The notes under the pieces were generated by a model, which searched no databases, was not told the origin of the DNA, and saw only the letters and a program-made list of their open reading frames with translations. Positions 29,390 to 38,575 of a stretch of DNA of 64,000 nucleotides are shown one piece after another. Origin of the DNA: an uncultured delta proteobacterium (GTDB lineage: Bacteria > Desulfobacterota > Syntrophia > Syntrophales > Smithellaceae); NCBI GenBank assembly GCA_963730275.1, contig CAVSRI010000017.1, forward strand, positions 12,600 to 76,599, in the 5' to 3' direction. Each line of letters opens with the position of its first letter. Within the stretch, counting starts at the first letter, position 1. The position numbers were made by a program, and so were the translations under genes.

Positions 29390-30325
29390 ATGATCAAGCC
29401 CGACAAAGAAGACGTTGCTTGGATGGTTGTCGGAGCAGTAATACTGCTGCTGATTCTCCTGGTTGTGTTTCATTTCTACCAGAAACAGAATCCCGCTGAA
29501 CAATTAGCCTCCAAAGCGAGCCGAGTGGACTTAGTAAGCAGGATGCGCTTAGCCTTGGCTTCGGCCTCAGAAGCGGAAAAGAGCGCAGTCCTCGCCATCA
29601 CCGACCAGGACTCGCAAATATTTGCGGGCCAGAGCCGAACGGCTACGGCAGAAGTCGAACAGGCACGTCGAGAGTTAGGCGAACTCCTGAAAGCTGGCGG
29701 CACCCAAGACGAAAAGGAGCTACTTAACCAATTCTCTGAACTTTTCGCCGAGTTCCAACGCATCGATAAAGATTTACTAGCTCTGGCAATCCAGAATACC
29801 AATATCAAAGCGTATAGTCTGGCATTTGGACCGGCCGCTGCTGCACTCAACGAAATGAACGCCGAACTTTCCCGCCTAATTGCATCAAATACCGGCTCTC
29901 CAGAAGAAAGACAGGTGATGCTCCTTGCTTACGGCATTGAGATCAGCGGCTTGCGCCTTCAAACTTTAATTCCACCGCATATTGCGGAGGAAAGCGATCA
30001 GAAAATGGATAAATTGGAAGCCCTGATGTCCAAGGAAGACCAGCAGATTCGTAAGAATCTGGATGAACTGACTGCGCTTCCAAAATTAAATCAGAATGCC
30101 GATCTGACAGAGGCGGTATCAAGCTATGCCCGATTCGGTAAGATCAAAACCCGGATTATCGCGCTTTCGCGTGAAAACACCAACGTCAAGTCGCTGTCCA
30201 TTTCCCTTAATCAGAAGCGCAAGATGATGCTCCTGTGTCAGGATACCTTGAACAGGCTGCAACAAGCTATCTTAGAGGAACCCATTGCGGGAGTAACCTA
30301 TGGCCGTCCGGCCAGACCCCGATAG
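29390..30325 (+). CDS. Membrane-anchored protein with MCP-type four-helix-bundle-like periplasmic domain and no output domain
   Basis: 311 aa with a single N-terminal TM segment (VAWMVVGAVILLLILLVVFHF). The remainder is all-helical and Ala/Leu/Glu-rich, resembling 4HB_MCP sensor modules. No HAMP or signalling domain follows. Confidence 0.55.
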   Translation: MIKPDKEDVAWMVVGAVILLLILLVVFHFYQKQNPAEQLASKASRVDLVSRMRLALASASEAEKSAVLAITDQDSQIFAGQSRTATAEVEQARRELGELLKAGGTQDEKELLNQFSELFAEFQRIDKDLLALAIQNTNIKAYSLAFGPAAAALNEMNAELSRLIASNTGSPEERQVMLLAYGIEISGLRLQTLIPPHIAEESDQKMDKLEALMSKEDQQIRKNLDELTALPKLNQNADLTEAVSSYARFGKIKTRIIALSRENTNVKSLSISLNQKRKMMLLCQDTLNRLQQAILEEPIAGVTYGRPARPR

Positions 30326-30420
30326 CTTCCCGAAGAGACCTGGAAGCACTTCTTAATTCATCTGCGCTATGATCATTTTGAATGATAATCAACAATAAAT
30401 CCCGACCATGATTTTAAAAG

Positions 30421-30475
30421 AATTGTACATACGTTGAGGAAGCCGACGACGATGCCCACAAAGATAGCTCTTTAA
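30421..30475. repeat. Rep-C fragment (right arm only)
   Basis: tgtaCATACGTTGAGGAAGCCGACGACGATGCCCACAAAGATAGC closely matches 39436-39477 (CATACGTTGAGGAGCCGATGACGATGCCAACAAAGATAGC). Confidence 0.6.
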
Positions 30476-30508
30476 TTTAGAATTGGAATAGAGCAAAGCG
30501 ATTTCTTG

Positions 30509-31678
30509 TTATTTTTTGATTAACAAATACAGTTCGCCCTTTTCTTTGAGAGTGCTGGCGGTGGCTTCCGCGTTTGCTCCAAACCCACAGAAAAGGTCAA
30601 CCCGCCCGGGACCTTTGATGGCCGAGCCCTTATCCTGGCTTACCACAAACCGGGAAAAGCTAACCCGCTGTAAAACATTGCCTGCGGCGTCGAAAACAGG
30701 TTTGCGCAAGCGAATAAACGCCAGGGCTCCTTCCGGAAAATAATCCGGATCGGTGGCAATTGATCTTCCCTCGGTTACCGGCACTCCTAAAGAGCCCTGT
30801 GGCTCTTTATCCAAAAAGCGAAAGAATGTGTATCTTTCATTATGGCTTAAGATATTATAAATTTCCTGCTCGCTCTTTCCCTTTAAAAAGAGATGCCGAT
30901 AAGAAGCTTCCCTGCTTTTTATTTTGCCATCATTCAGCATGAACTCGGTTATACTGCGGAAAGGCCGACCATTAGTCTGCGCGTAACCAACCGTTAAAAG
31001 TGTCCCATCTTCGAGTCTAATCTTGCCGGAACCCTGTATGTGCAGGGAAAACAACTCCACCGGATCGGCCACCCAAACAAGCTCCAGGTTTTTCCCTCGC
31101 AATACTCCGCCAACATCGATTTCCCTGCGGTTATAATAAGGAACAAACTCACCGCCCTCACTCCTACCAATTTTGTTTTCATTTTTAATCAAATCGTCCG
31201 GCACTCGATAAAGCGGATATTTGTATTTTTCGCTCTTAGTTAATGAACCCTCCAGCAGGGGTTCGTAATAGCCGGTAAACAGCGCTTTTCGGTTTGCGTC
31301 GGTTCCGGCCACAATATAGACATCAAAGTCGGCGGCGATTCCTTCGTTTAAATCGCCAGGTTTTCCGGATTGACGCATAACCTCGCTAAATGCCAGGAGA
31401 GTCTCTTTTAATTTTCCGGCGTCGATTAACCTATCGGCAATAAGATAAATTTTATCCTTGCCGTTGGTTTCATAATATTTGATACTGCGCTCAATTGCTA
31501 ATTCCAAAGAATCAAAATCGAGGTCATCCGTAAAATTAATATCGGAGGCATCAACAAGGGAAAAATGTTCCAGAGATTTTTCCGGCGGTCCGGACGGAAT
31601 TTTCGGCAGAACCTTTACGCACCCGGCAAAGCAAACGGCAATCAACAGCAATCGGATAATATTGCGCCAGTGTTTCAT
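30509..31678 (-). CDS. mltA: Membrane-bound lytic murein transglycosylase A
   Basis: 389 aa. Lipoprotein-type signal (LLLIAVCFAGC), FTGYYEPLLEGS, and a C-terminal 3D domain (SIATDPDYFPEGALAF..., GSAIKGPGRVDLFCG). Confidence 0.8.
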   Translation of the reverse strand: MKHWRNIIRLLLIAVCFAGCVKVLPKIPSGPPEKSLEHFSLVDASDINFTDDLDFDSLELAIERSIKYYETNGKDKIYLIADRLIDAGKLKETLLAFSEVMRQSGKPGDLNEGIAADFDVYIVAGTDANRKALFTGYYEPLLEGSLTKSEKYKYPLYRVPDDLIKNENKIGRSEGGEFVPYYNRREIDVGGVLRGKNLELVWVADPVELFSLHIQGSGKIRLEDGTLLTVGYAQTNGRPFRSITEFMLNDGKIKSREASYRHLFLKGKSEQEIYNILSHNERYTFFRFLDKEPQGSLGVPVTEGRSIATDPDYFPEGALAFIRLRKPVFDAAGNVLQRVSFSRFVVSQDKGSAIKGPGRVDLFCGFGANAEATASTLKEKGELYLLIKK

Positions 31679-32133
31679 AGCTCCATAATCATCGCCGTCT
31701 CATCGCAATAGTCGGGATACTTGGAACAGCGCAGACAATCCGACCAAATCTTTTCCGGCAGAGTTGCCCTATCAACTTCTTTAAAACCCAGCTTGGCAAA
31801 TAAATCGCTTTTGTAGGTAAGCGTGAATATCTTAAAGAGTCTCAGTGTAATAGCTTCGGAAATGCAGGCTTCCACAAGTTCTTTGCCGACGCCTTTTCCC
31901 CGATGATTTTCGTCAACATAGAGCGAGCGGATTTCCGCGAGATTCTCCCAGATAATATTCATCGCGCAAATGCCGGCCACCGACGATTCGTCTTCATCAT
32001 AATAAACAAAAAAATCCCGTAAAGAACTGTAAATATCCATCAGCGAACGCGGCAGCATCTCGCCCTTTCCCGCCGATGAATTTATCAGGCGGTGAATCGT
32101 TTTCACATCATCAATACGCGCTTTTCTCAACAT
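31675..32133 (-). CDS. GNAT N-acetyltransferase (short ArgA-like amino-acid acetyltransferase)
   Basis: 152 aa. LAEIRSLYVDENHRGKGVGKELVEACISEA is the acetyl-CoA-binding motif. 4-nt overlap with mltA and 7-nt overlap with recN. Confidence 0.75.
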   Translation of the reverse strand: MLRKARIDDVKTIHRLINSSAGKGEMLPRSLMDIYSSLRDFFVYYDEDESSVAGICAMNIIWENLAEIRSLYVDENHRGKGVGKELVEACISEAITLRLFKIFTLTYKSDLFAKLGFKEVDRATLPEKIWSDCLRCSKYPDYCDETAMIMEL

Positions 32134-33845
32134 TTCCCTCTCCCACCCGAATTATTGGAATTGGATATTTTGGAGCTGTCAATCATTTCGCGAGCGTGCT
32201 GGCGTGTAGTCTGGGTCACATCCACTCCACCCAGCATCCGGCTGATTTCTTCAATCTTCTGTTCGGGATCGAGTTTTTTCACGGCGGTGGTTGTCCGGCC
32301 CTTCATGATCTTTTTGGAAACGAACAAATGATCTTCGCCAAAACAAGCAATTTGCGGCAAATGGGTGATACAAATGACCTGATGATTGGCGGACACCTCT
32401 TTTAATTTACGGCCGACAATTTCGGCGGTGGCTCCGCCGATGCCGTTGTCTACCTCGTCAAAAATAATCGTGGCCACGGAGCCGGTGCGTGATAAAACAT
32501 TTTTTAATGCCAGAACTATACGTGATAATTCACCGCCGGAAGCAATCTTGTTTAGCGGTTTAGGCTCTTCTCCGGCATTAGCCGTCAGATAAAATTCTAT
32601 CTCATCGCCACCTTTCGGTCCGAAAGATTCGACGTTTTTATCAGTAACGCTTTTCTTAAAATTAGCCTGAAAGGAAGCGTGGGGCATATTTAACTCGTGC
32701 ACTTCTTTATCCACGAAGTCTTTCAGCTTCGCCGCTGCTTCTCTTCTCAATTGAGAAAGATCAAGCGCTTTTTGCCGTAAATTGTCTTTGGCGATGATTT
32801 CTTCTTTCCCCAGCGCCTCCAACTCTTCTTCGACGGAAAAAACCTGGCGCAATTCTTCTTCTATTTCTTGTTTTTTGACAAGAACACTTTCGAGAGATCC
32901 ACCGTGTTTGCGTTTGAGCCGGCCCAACATTTCCAGACGTTCGTCAATCGCGGAGAGCCTCTCCGGATCGAAGAAAAGATTTTTGCTGTAATCGCGCAGA
33001 ATCAAAGCCGCTTCCTGCAGTGTAATAAAACTGCCTTCAATATCCGCAGGGGCCAGCTTCAAATTCGCATCAATATTTTTGATTTCTTTTACCTGATTTT
33101 GGACTTCTTTCAACTTAACGACGGCGGAATCCTTTTCGCCATAGAGCAAATCATAAGCGTGGTTGGCCCAATCCAGGAGCTTTTGCGCGTTAACGAGAAC
33201 TTTTTTTTCATCGGCGAGCGCTGTGTCTTCGGCCGGCAGCGGATCAATATCCTGAATTTCTTTCAACTGAAATTTGAACAAGTCTGCTTTTTCTTCGCGG
33301 CTCTTACGCAAATTTTCCAGTTTTTCTATTTTAGTTCTGATTTGCGTATATTGATTATACGCCTCAGCATAGGAAGTCCGCAGAGGAAGACAGCCCCCGA
33401 ATTCATCCAATATATCTATATGATTTTCGGCATTGAGAATTACCTGATGTTCATGCTGTCCGCAGATATTAATCAGTGATTCGCTGATGGCGGACAAATT
33501 GGCCAAAGTTGCCATTTGCCCGTTGATGAGCGCTTTATTTTTGCCGGTACGCGAAATAATCCTACGGATTATCAGTTCTTCACTGTCGGCAAAACCCATT
33601 GCCACGATTTTTTCCCTGAGCTCACTATTGGAGGCAACAGTAAAGAGCGCTTCCACCGTTGCCGCGTCCGCCTGCGATCTGATCAAATCCGCTGTCGCTC
33701 TATCGCCTAAGAGCAAACTTACCGCACCGATAATTATCGACTTTCCGGCACCGGTTTCTCCGGAGATAACATTCAGCCCTTCACCAAAGGAAACATGGAG
33801 TTCATCAATAATGGCGAAGTTTTTAATGCTCAGGTCATTAAGCAT
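32127..33845 (-). CDS. recN: DNA repair protein RecN
   Basis: 572 aa. N-terminal Walker A GETGAGKSIIIGA, a long coiled coil, and C-terminal ASGGELSRIVLALK...IIFDEVDNGIGG. Confidence 0.9.
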   Translation of the reverse strand: MLNDLSIKNFAIIDELHVSFGEGLNVISGETGAGKSIIIGAVSLLLGDRATADLIRSQADAATVEALFTVASNSELREKIVAMGFADSEELIIRRIISRTGKNKALINGQMATLANLSAISESLINICGQHEHQVILNAENHIDILDEFGGCLPLRTSYAEAYNQYTQIRTKIEKLENLRKSREEKADLFKFQLKEIQDIDPLPAEDTALADEKKVLVNAQKLLDWANHAYDLLYGEKDSAVVKLKEVQNQVKEIKNIDANLKLAPADIEGSFITLQEAALILRDYSKNLFFDPERLSAIDERLEMLGRLKRKHGGSLESVLVKKQEIEEELRQVFSVEEELEALGKEEIIAKDNLRQKALDLSQLRREAAAKLKDFVDKEVHELNMPHASFQANFKKSVTDKNVESFGPKGGDEIEFYLTANAGEEPKPLNKIASGGELSRIVLALKNVLSRTGSVATIIFDEVDNGIGGATAEIVGRKLKEVSANHQVICITHLPQIACFGEDHLFVSKKIMKGRTTTAVKKLDPEQKIEEISRMLGGVDVTQTTRQHAREMIDSSKISNSNNSGGRGKC

Positions 33846-34737
33846 TTTCCCTTTTCCCAGCTCCTGAAGGCAGGCCGCCCCAGCCTAGTTTGGAACGTAA
33901 TATTTCCCAGTAACTGCGATGCGGCGAAAGAACCAGCTTAGTCACATATTTTGATTTTTTTATAGTCACAACATCTCCGGACTCGATTTGGTAGGATTCC
34001 TGTCCGTCCAAAGTCAAAGTGGCACCCCTTCCTTTGGACCATAGTGTTATTTTCAAATTCGCATCCTGCGGAAAAATAATCGGGCGGTTAGTCAAAGTGT
34101 GGGGACAGATGGGATTAATAATTATCAAGTCTTTTCCGGGAAAGACGATCGGGCCGCCCGCCGAAAGCGAATAGGCCGTGGAACCAGTAGGTGTGGAAAT
34201 AATCAGACCGTCTCCCTTGTAAGTCGTCAGGTACTCATCATCAACCGATGTTTCCAGTTCAGTAATACGGGATAGATTGCCGCGATTGATGACAACATCA
34301 TTCAAAACATCGCCGACATCAGTGGTAGTTTTGCCGTGCTTGATGGCTACGGTCAGCATCATTCTTTTTTCCGTCGCAAATTTGCCGCCCAGAATCAACT
34401 CCAGAGCCGAGTGCATTTCGTTTAAATTGACTTCGGTGAGATAGCCGAAACTGCCCATGTTGATTCCCAGAATAGGAACACCATGTTTGGCAACAGAGCG
34501 CGCCGCGCGGAGCATTGTGCCGTCACCGCCTAAAACAACAAGTAGCTGAGATTTACTCGCCAGTTCATCCCATTTAAGCCCGCCGCGGACACCCATTTTG
34601 GAGGCGATTTGATCCTCCAAAAACACTTCTGTGTTTTTTTCTTCCAGCCACTCTTTTAAAGATTTGGCGTACTGGGCTATTTTTACCTTTTCTATATTGG
34701 CAACAATACCGACTTTCTTGATTTTCAGTGGAGCCAC
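33838..34737 (-). CDS. nadK: NAD+ kinase
   Basis: GGDGTMLRAAR, and TPTGSTAYSLSAGGPIV. The ORF track extends to an ATG at 34779, but that stretch lies inside a Rep-A copy. A GTG at 34737 (VAPLKIKKVGIV...) is the more plausible start. Confidence 0.85.
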   Translation of the reverse strand: MAPLKIKKVGIVANIEKVKIAQYAKSLKEWLEEKNTEVFLEDQIASKMGVRGGLKWDELASKSQLLVVLGGDGTMLRAARSVAKHGVPILGINMGSFGYLTEVNLNEMHSALELILGGKFATEKRMMLTVAIKHGKTTTDVGDVLNDVVINRGNLSRITELETSVDDEYLTTYKGDGLIISTPTGSTAYSLSAGGPIVFPGKDLIIINPICPHTLTNRPIIFPQDANLKITLWSKGRGATLTLDGQESYQIESGDVVTIKKSKYVTKLVLSPHRSYWEILRSKLGWGGLPSGAGKRENA

Positions 34738-34766
34738 CTCCAACAGGAGCCTGAAGCTCCTTATAA

Positions 34767-34857
34767 TAATGAGACCCAAGCTTCAAAAACAAAGTGCATA
34801 ACCTAATAACCTGAAGGTCACAAGAGGTCACATATGTTGAAGTTGCGGGTCGAATCA
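34767..34857 (-). repeat. Rep-A hairpin repeat, copy 3 (inverted orientation)
   Basis: The reverse complement reads AACTTCAAcatatGTGACCTCTTGTGACCTTCAGGTTATTAGGTTATGCACTTTGTTTTTGAAGCTTGGGTCTCATTA. By manual alignment it is about 90% identical over ~70 nt to copy 4 at 37075-37153. Confidence 0.75.
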
Positions 34858-34906
34858 ATGAAACTCAGATATTACAAATGAAGCGCAGTAATATCTTTTA
34901 GTTGAA

Positions 34907-35003
34907 TTGATCCCGCAAAGCAGAGGATAAAACAATCTCCCGCGGATTACCGTGCATTTCTCCTCTGGCCAGAGCCGGGGAATTCCAAATCGCGGGATCG
35001 ATT
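34907..35003. repeat. Rep-B element (CCCGCG-rich, ends ...GGAATTCCAAATCGCGGGATCG)
   Basis: TTGATCCCGC...GCGGGATCGATT termini can pair. The 3' half (CTCCTCTGGCCAGAGCCGGGGAATTCCAAATCGCGGGAT) recurs at 42113-42157 (TCCTCCCCCGACTGGAACCGAGGGATTCCAAATCGCGGGAT). Confidence 0.6.
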
Positions 35004-35173
35004 GCCACCTCAAAATATGAAGCTCACTAACATAAAAAAAAGCCGCTGTCTATGCATAAATATTTTACTGATATATTTACAAAGCAATTGATTTTTTAGG
35101 ATAATTACCGAGGATAAAGTCTTGACAGATTCAGGCCGTTTAATATACCGTGCACGCAGGTTTGGTGCTAGTT

Positions 35174-36244
35174 ATGGGTTTGCTCAAAGGCAATTTTACT
35201 TTTATGAGATTTCATGTGGAAGATCAGCTACCACAGGCCTTTTTGAATTTCGTCAATGACAAGATCAAAGCTAATGCCTTTCGGGAGACGACCAAATCAA
35301 CAGAAGAAAAACGATTCGGTTGGGTTTCTCTTACCGATGTGCTGGATGCCGATTTCGAAAAGGCTGATTATGTGCTGGGTGATTATCTTATTTTTTGCCT
35401 GCGCATTGACCGCAAGCTGATTCCGCCCAAATTGATGAAACTCAAATTAATGACTCAAGAAAGAAACTATCTTACCCAAAGCGCCGGCAATAGCCGGATT
35501 AATAAACAAACCGCAACAGCTATCAAAGATAAGGTCAAATTAGAATTGATGACCAAACTTGATCCCGTGCCCTCTTTTTATGATGTCTGCTGGGCCATAG
35601 GACAAAACAAGATTTATTTTTCCTCGCTTGCCGATACGGTTGCTGATGATTTTGTTGATTTATTCCAGAAAACTTTTTCTTTAAAGCTTAAACGCTTTTT
35701 GCCGCAAGAAAATCCGCAGATAGTAAAAAAAGGTGAAACCGCAGAGGCCATCTCTCTTATCGGCCGTGAATTTTTAACCTGGCTTTGGTTTAAATCGGAA
35801 GAACGCAACGGCAGGATAGCGCTAACGGACAGTGAAGAAGTCGAACTTCATTTCTTAAAAAGAATTGTTTTGGAATCAGGCGAAGGCGAGTATTCCCAGG
35901 GTGTTGTTTGTCATGGGATCCACACCGAACTTAAAGAAGGTAAGGAAGCTATCCGCCAGGGGAAAAAAGTTAAAGAAGCGGGAATCAAACTAATTTATAA
36001 TCAAAATGAATGGGAATTTACCTTTAAAGCCGATTCTTTTAATTTTCATTCATTGAGCCTGCCGGCGATGAACTGGCCGGAAACTGAAGAAGACCCTGCG
36101 GGAAACCTGCTGGAAAGAATTTATCTTATAGAAAATGCGGTAAAAATAATGGATAATCTTTTCGAATCTTTTTTACGCATCCGTTATATGCCGCAGTGGG
36201 AAGAGCGCGAATTGAAGCTTATAGCCAGGTGGCTGGAGCATTGA
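35174..36244 (+). CDS. rdgC: Recombination-associated protein RdgC-like
   Basis: The ORF-track frame starts at 35150; the ATG at 35174 (MGLLKGNFTFMRFHV) fits the RdgC N-terminus. The FGWVSL...DYLIFCLRIDRKLIP pattern and ~355-aa size match RdgC. Assignment by recalled motif similarity only. Confidence 0.6.
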   Translation: MGLLKGNFTFMRFHVEDQLPQAFLNFVNDKIKANAFRETTKSTEEKRFGWVSLTDVLDADFEKADYVLGDYLIFCLRIDRKLIPPKLMKLKLMTQERNYLTQSAGNSRINKQTATAIKDKVKLELMTKLDPVPSFYDVCWAIGQNKIYFSSLADTVADDFVDLFQKTFSLKLKRFLPQENPQIVKKGETAEAISLIGREFLTWLWFKSEERNGRIALTDSEEVELHFLKRIVLESGEGEYSQGVVCHGIHTELKEGKEAIRQGKKVKEAGIKLIYNQNEWEFTFKADSFNFHSLSLPAMNWPETEEDPAGNLLERIYLIENAVKIMDNLFESFLRIRYMPQWEERELKLIARWLEH

Positions 36245-36300
36245 TGCTGACTTCCGGGCGGCAAGGCAATACTCTCCAATTTTTTCCCGAACTGAAAATA

Positions 36301-36957
36301 CTAGAGATACAGGTATGGCCGCATGAAATTTTCCAGCATTTGTCTTTGATTTTCAATATCCGCTTTATCTTTTGCCGGTGGGAGCTTAATCATTTCACAG
36401 AAAACAATGGTTACGTGGGAAAATGGCTTGGGAATCATGAATTTATCCCAGCTACTTAAGTACCAAGCATTTTCGGCTTTGACATATCCCGGCAGGATAA
36501 CCGCGTCCGCCGTATGAGCAAGGCTGATCACGCCAAGCTTTGCCACACCTGCCGGGCCACGCGGTCCATCGGGAAAAAGAATTGCCAGACCGTATTTTTT
36601 TAGCCTATTGGTCATCTCTCTGAGAGCGGGACCACCACCGCGGGAAGAAGAACCACGAACCGGATACCAGCCCACTTGTCTTGCCACCCCCGCAGTAATC
36701 TCTCCATCCAGGCTTTTCGAAGCCATAATACTGGGATTATATTTTCCAAATTTTTTACCATAATAAAATGCGGAAAATAACTGCTGATGCCACGCACAAA
36801 TTAAAACCCGACCGCCCTGATCCAAATAATTCAGTAAAGGTTCTTCATTCACTACCTTGAAACGGAAAGTCGCGCAATATAAACGAACCAGCCAGTATAT
36901 AATCTTACTGGCTGGTTTTGTCGTTGCTAACTTACGTAACGGTTTAAACATTTCCAC
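36301..36957 (-). CDS. DUF374-type lysophospholipid acyltransferase family protein
   Basis: 218 aa. ICAWHQQLF, SKSLDGEITAGVARQVGWYPVRGSSSRGG and FPDGPRGPAG are blocks typical of DUF374/LPLAT proteins. Confidence 0.7.
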   Translation of the reverse strand: MEMFKPLRKLATTKPASKIIYWLVRLYCATFRFKVVNEEPLLNYLDQGGRVLICAWHQQLFSAFYYGKKFGKYNPSIMASKSLDGEITAGVARQVGWYPVRGSSSRGGGPALREMTNRLKKYGLAILFPDGPRGPAGVAKLGVISLAHTADAVILPGYVKAENAWYLSSWDKFMIPKPFSHVTIVFCEMIKLPPAKDKADIENQRQMLENFMRPYLYL

Positions 36958-37056
36958 ATCCTACGAATCAATTTTCCGACCGGCAAAAGTATACCTGGCA
37001 GGCAAACTGACTAAGTATCTTTCAATCATGGGTATCTACGATACTCTCCGCCTTCG

Positions 37057-37153
37057 GCAGGATAATTCTACTGCAAGCTTCAGCATGTGTGACCTCTTGT
37101 AACCTTCAGGTTATTAGGTTAGGCACTCTGTTTCTGAAGCTTGAGTCTCATTA
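37057..37153 (+). repeat. Rep-A hairpin repeat, copy 4
   Basis: The layout is GCAGGATAATTCTACTGC, then stem AAGCTTCAG, loop catgtGTGACCTCTTGTAACCTTCAGGTTATTAGGTTAGGCACTCTGTTT, stem CTGAAGCTT, then tail GAGTCTCATTA. The tail TTA (37151-37153) is the bamD stop codon on the other strand. Confidence 0.75.
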
Positions 37154-37939
37154 CGGCTGGATATTATTTTTTGCGGTTCTGCTTTTTTCTTGCTGGGCTT
37201 TTTTTAATTTTTCTTCCTCGGCTTTTTTCAACTTCTCTTCTTCGGCAATTTTCGCTTTGGTTTCATTAATAAAATATTCTACCTTATAATCAAGTCCGAC
37301 GTTCGCATAATCTCGCGCTATTGTTTCAAAACGCGCAAGGGCGGCCTGATATTTTTTCTGCTTAAAATAAAAATGCCCCACATAAAATTCTGCTTCTGCC
37401 AGTTTTTGCTTGCATTCGTGAATCAACTTCTCGGCCATGATGGCAAATTTACTATCAGGGTGACGGGAGACAAGCTTTTCGAATTCTTTTTTTGCTTTAA
37501 TTGCCGATGTCTGATCGCGATCGATTGCATCTATTTGGTTGTAATGGCACATACCTATTTGGTAGAGGGCATAAGGAACATTCTCGTTAGTGGGATGAAG
37601 AGTGATAAAATCGTTGTACGCATTTTCCGCTTCCATGTATTCCTTGTCACTATAATGGCAATCGGCTATTCCTATTTCCGCTAAAATAGCCAGATTATGC
37701 AGGGGATATTCTTCTTTAACCCTCATAAAATATTCCCGGGCTTTTTTATAATCGTTATAATAATTGCTTTTCTGAAATTCGGCGGCTCCACGCGAGTAAA
37801 GCCATTCCGGAGTATTTTTGGGCGTTTCTTTCTTGCTAAATATATCCAATAAAGAACAGCCGCTAATGGAACATAATATCAATAAAATAATTATGAATAT
37901 TTCCCAATTTAATGTTTCCCGCAATCTTTTTAAATACAT
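37151..37939 (-). CDS. bamD: Outer membrane protein assembly factor BamD (TPR lipoprotein)
   Basis: 262 aa. Lipobox LCSISGC and TPR repeats (ADCHYSDKEYMEAENAYNDFITLHPTNENVPYALYQIGMCHY). The C-terminal tail carries a tandem EEEKLKKA duplication. Confidence 0.8.
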   Translation of the reverse strand: MYLKRLRETLNWEIFIIILLILCSISGCSLLDIFSKKETPKNTPEWLYSRGAAEFQKSNYYNDYKKAREYFMRVKEEYPLHNLAILAEIGIADCHYSDKEYMEAENAYNDFITLHPTNENVPYALYQIGMCHYNQIDAIDRDQTSAIKAKKEFEKLVSRHPDSKFAIMAEKLIHECKQKLAEAEFYVGHFYFKQKKYQAALARFETIARDYANVGLDYKVEYFINETKAKIAEEEKLKKAEEEKLKKAQQEKSRTAKNNIQP

Positions 37940-37972
37940 GCCTTCACTACCTTTCAGCGGTACATTCTTGAT

Positions 37973-38302
37973 TTATAAACTTTTCTTAACGAATTCTTCC
38001 AGTTTTGCCTTGGGAACAAGGCCGATGAGAGTATCGAGTACTTTGCCTTCCTTAAAAAGGATCAGGGTAGGTATGCTCCTGACGCCGAAATTAAGCGCTG
38101 TTTTCTGATTTTCGTCAACATTTAATTTCATTATTTTGACGCTCTCTTGGAATTGAGAGGCAAGCTCTTCGACTATAGGGCCGATAGCTTTACATGGCCC
38201 GCACCAAGGCGCCCAAAAATCAATAAGCACCGGCTTGGCGCTTTTCAGAACTTCACCTTCGAAGTTGTCATCGGTGGCGACGCCTAAAAATTCACTGCTC
38301 AC
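37973..38302 (-). CDS. trxA: Thioredoxin
   Basis: WAPWCGPCK active site. The ORF track starts at a GTG at 38338, but the GTG at 38302 follows AAGGAAGG with 8-nt spacing and gives a canonical ~109-aa thioredoxin (VSSEFLGVATDDNFEGEVL...). Confidence 0.9.
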   Translation of the reverse strand: MSSEFLGVATDDNFEGEVLKSAKPVLIDFWAPWCGPCKAIGPIVEELASQFQESVKIMKLNVDENQKTALNFGVRSIPTLILFKEGKVLDTLIGLVPKAKLEEFVKKSL

Positions 38303-38422
38303 TAATCGCGCCTTCCTTAACTCTTGTTTTGATTGCACGCCTATATGTCATAAAGAAACCTCAAAAGTCAAATGCTATTTGGCAATAGTTTTTGGTTGCT
38401 AAATGACAATTTGTTTTATATT

Positions 38423-38575
38423 AAAAAGCTTAAAATTAATGACACTTTGCGGTCAAAAGAGGACCTCGACTGCAAGGAACAGGCGACACTGCATGCGCCG
38501 GGCAGACAGCAGGCGTATTTTTATATGTTGAGGGACCGATAGCCCAACACATGCCGGGCAGGCTTTGGGCCAACA
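38423..38575 (+). repeat. Rep-C-related element (diverged copy) upstream of the MTAP-like gene
   Basis: AAAAAGCT...GACTGCAAGGAACAGGCGAC...GCAGG-CGTATttttatATATG-TTGAGGGACCGATAGCCCAACACATGCC parallels the Rep-C layout (left arm with GCAAGG, central hairpin, right arm TTGAGG..CCGA). Confidence 0.5.

Noticed and set aside
34837-34860. tRNA-like T-arm sequence GCGGGTCGAATCA.
   Set aside because: No complementary 3' strand, acceptor stem or anticodon arm can be drawn. It is the flank of a Rep-A copy.
35122-35146. TTGACA ... TAATAT as the rdgC promoter.
   Set aside because: The spacer is only 13 nt for TAATAT, and the alternative -10 (TATACC) is poor. Not strong enough to report as a feature.
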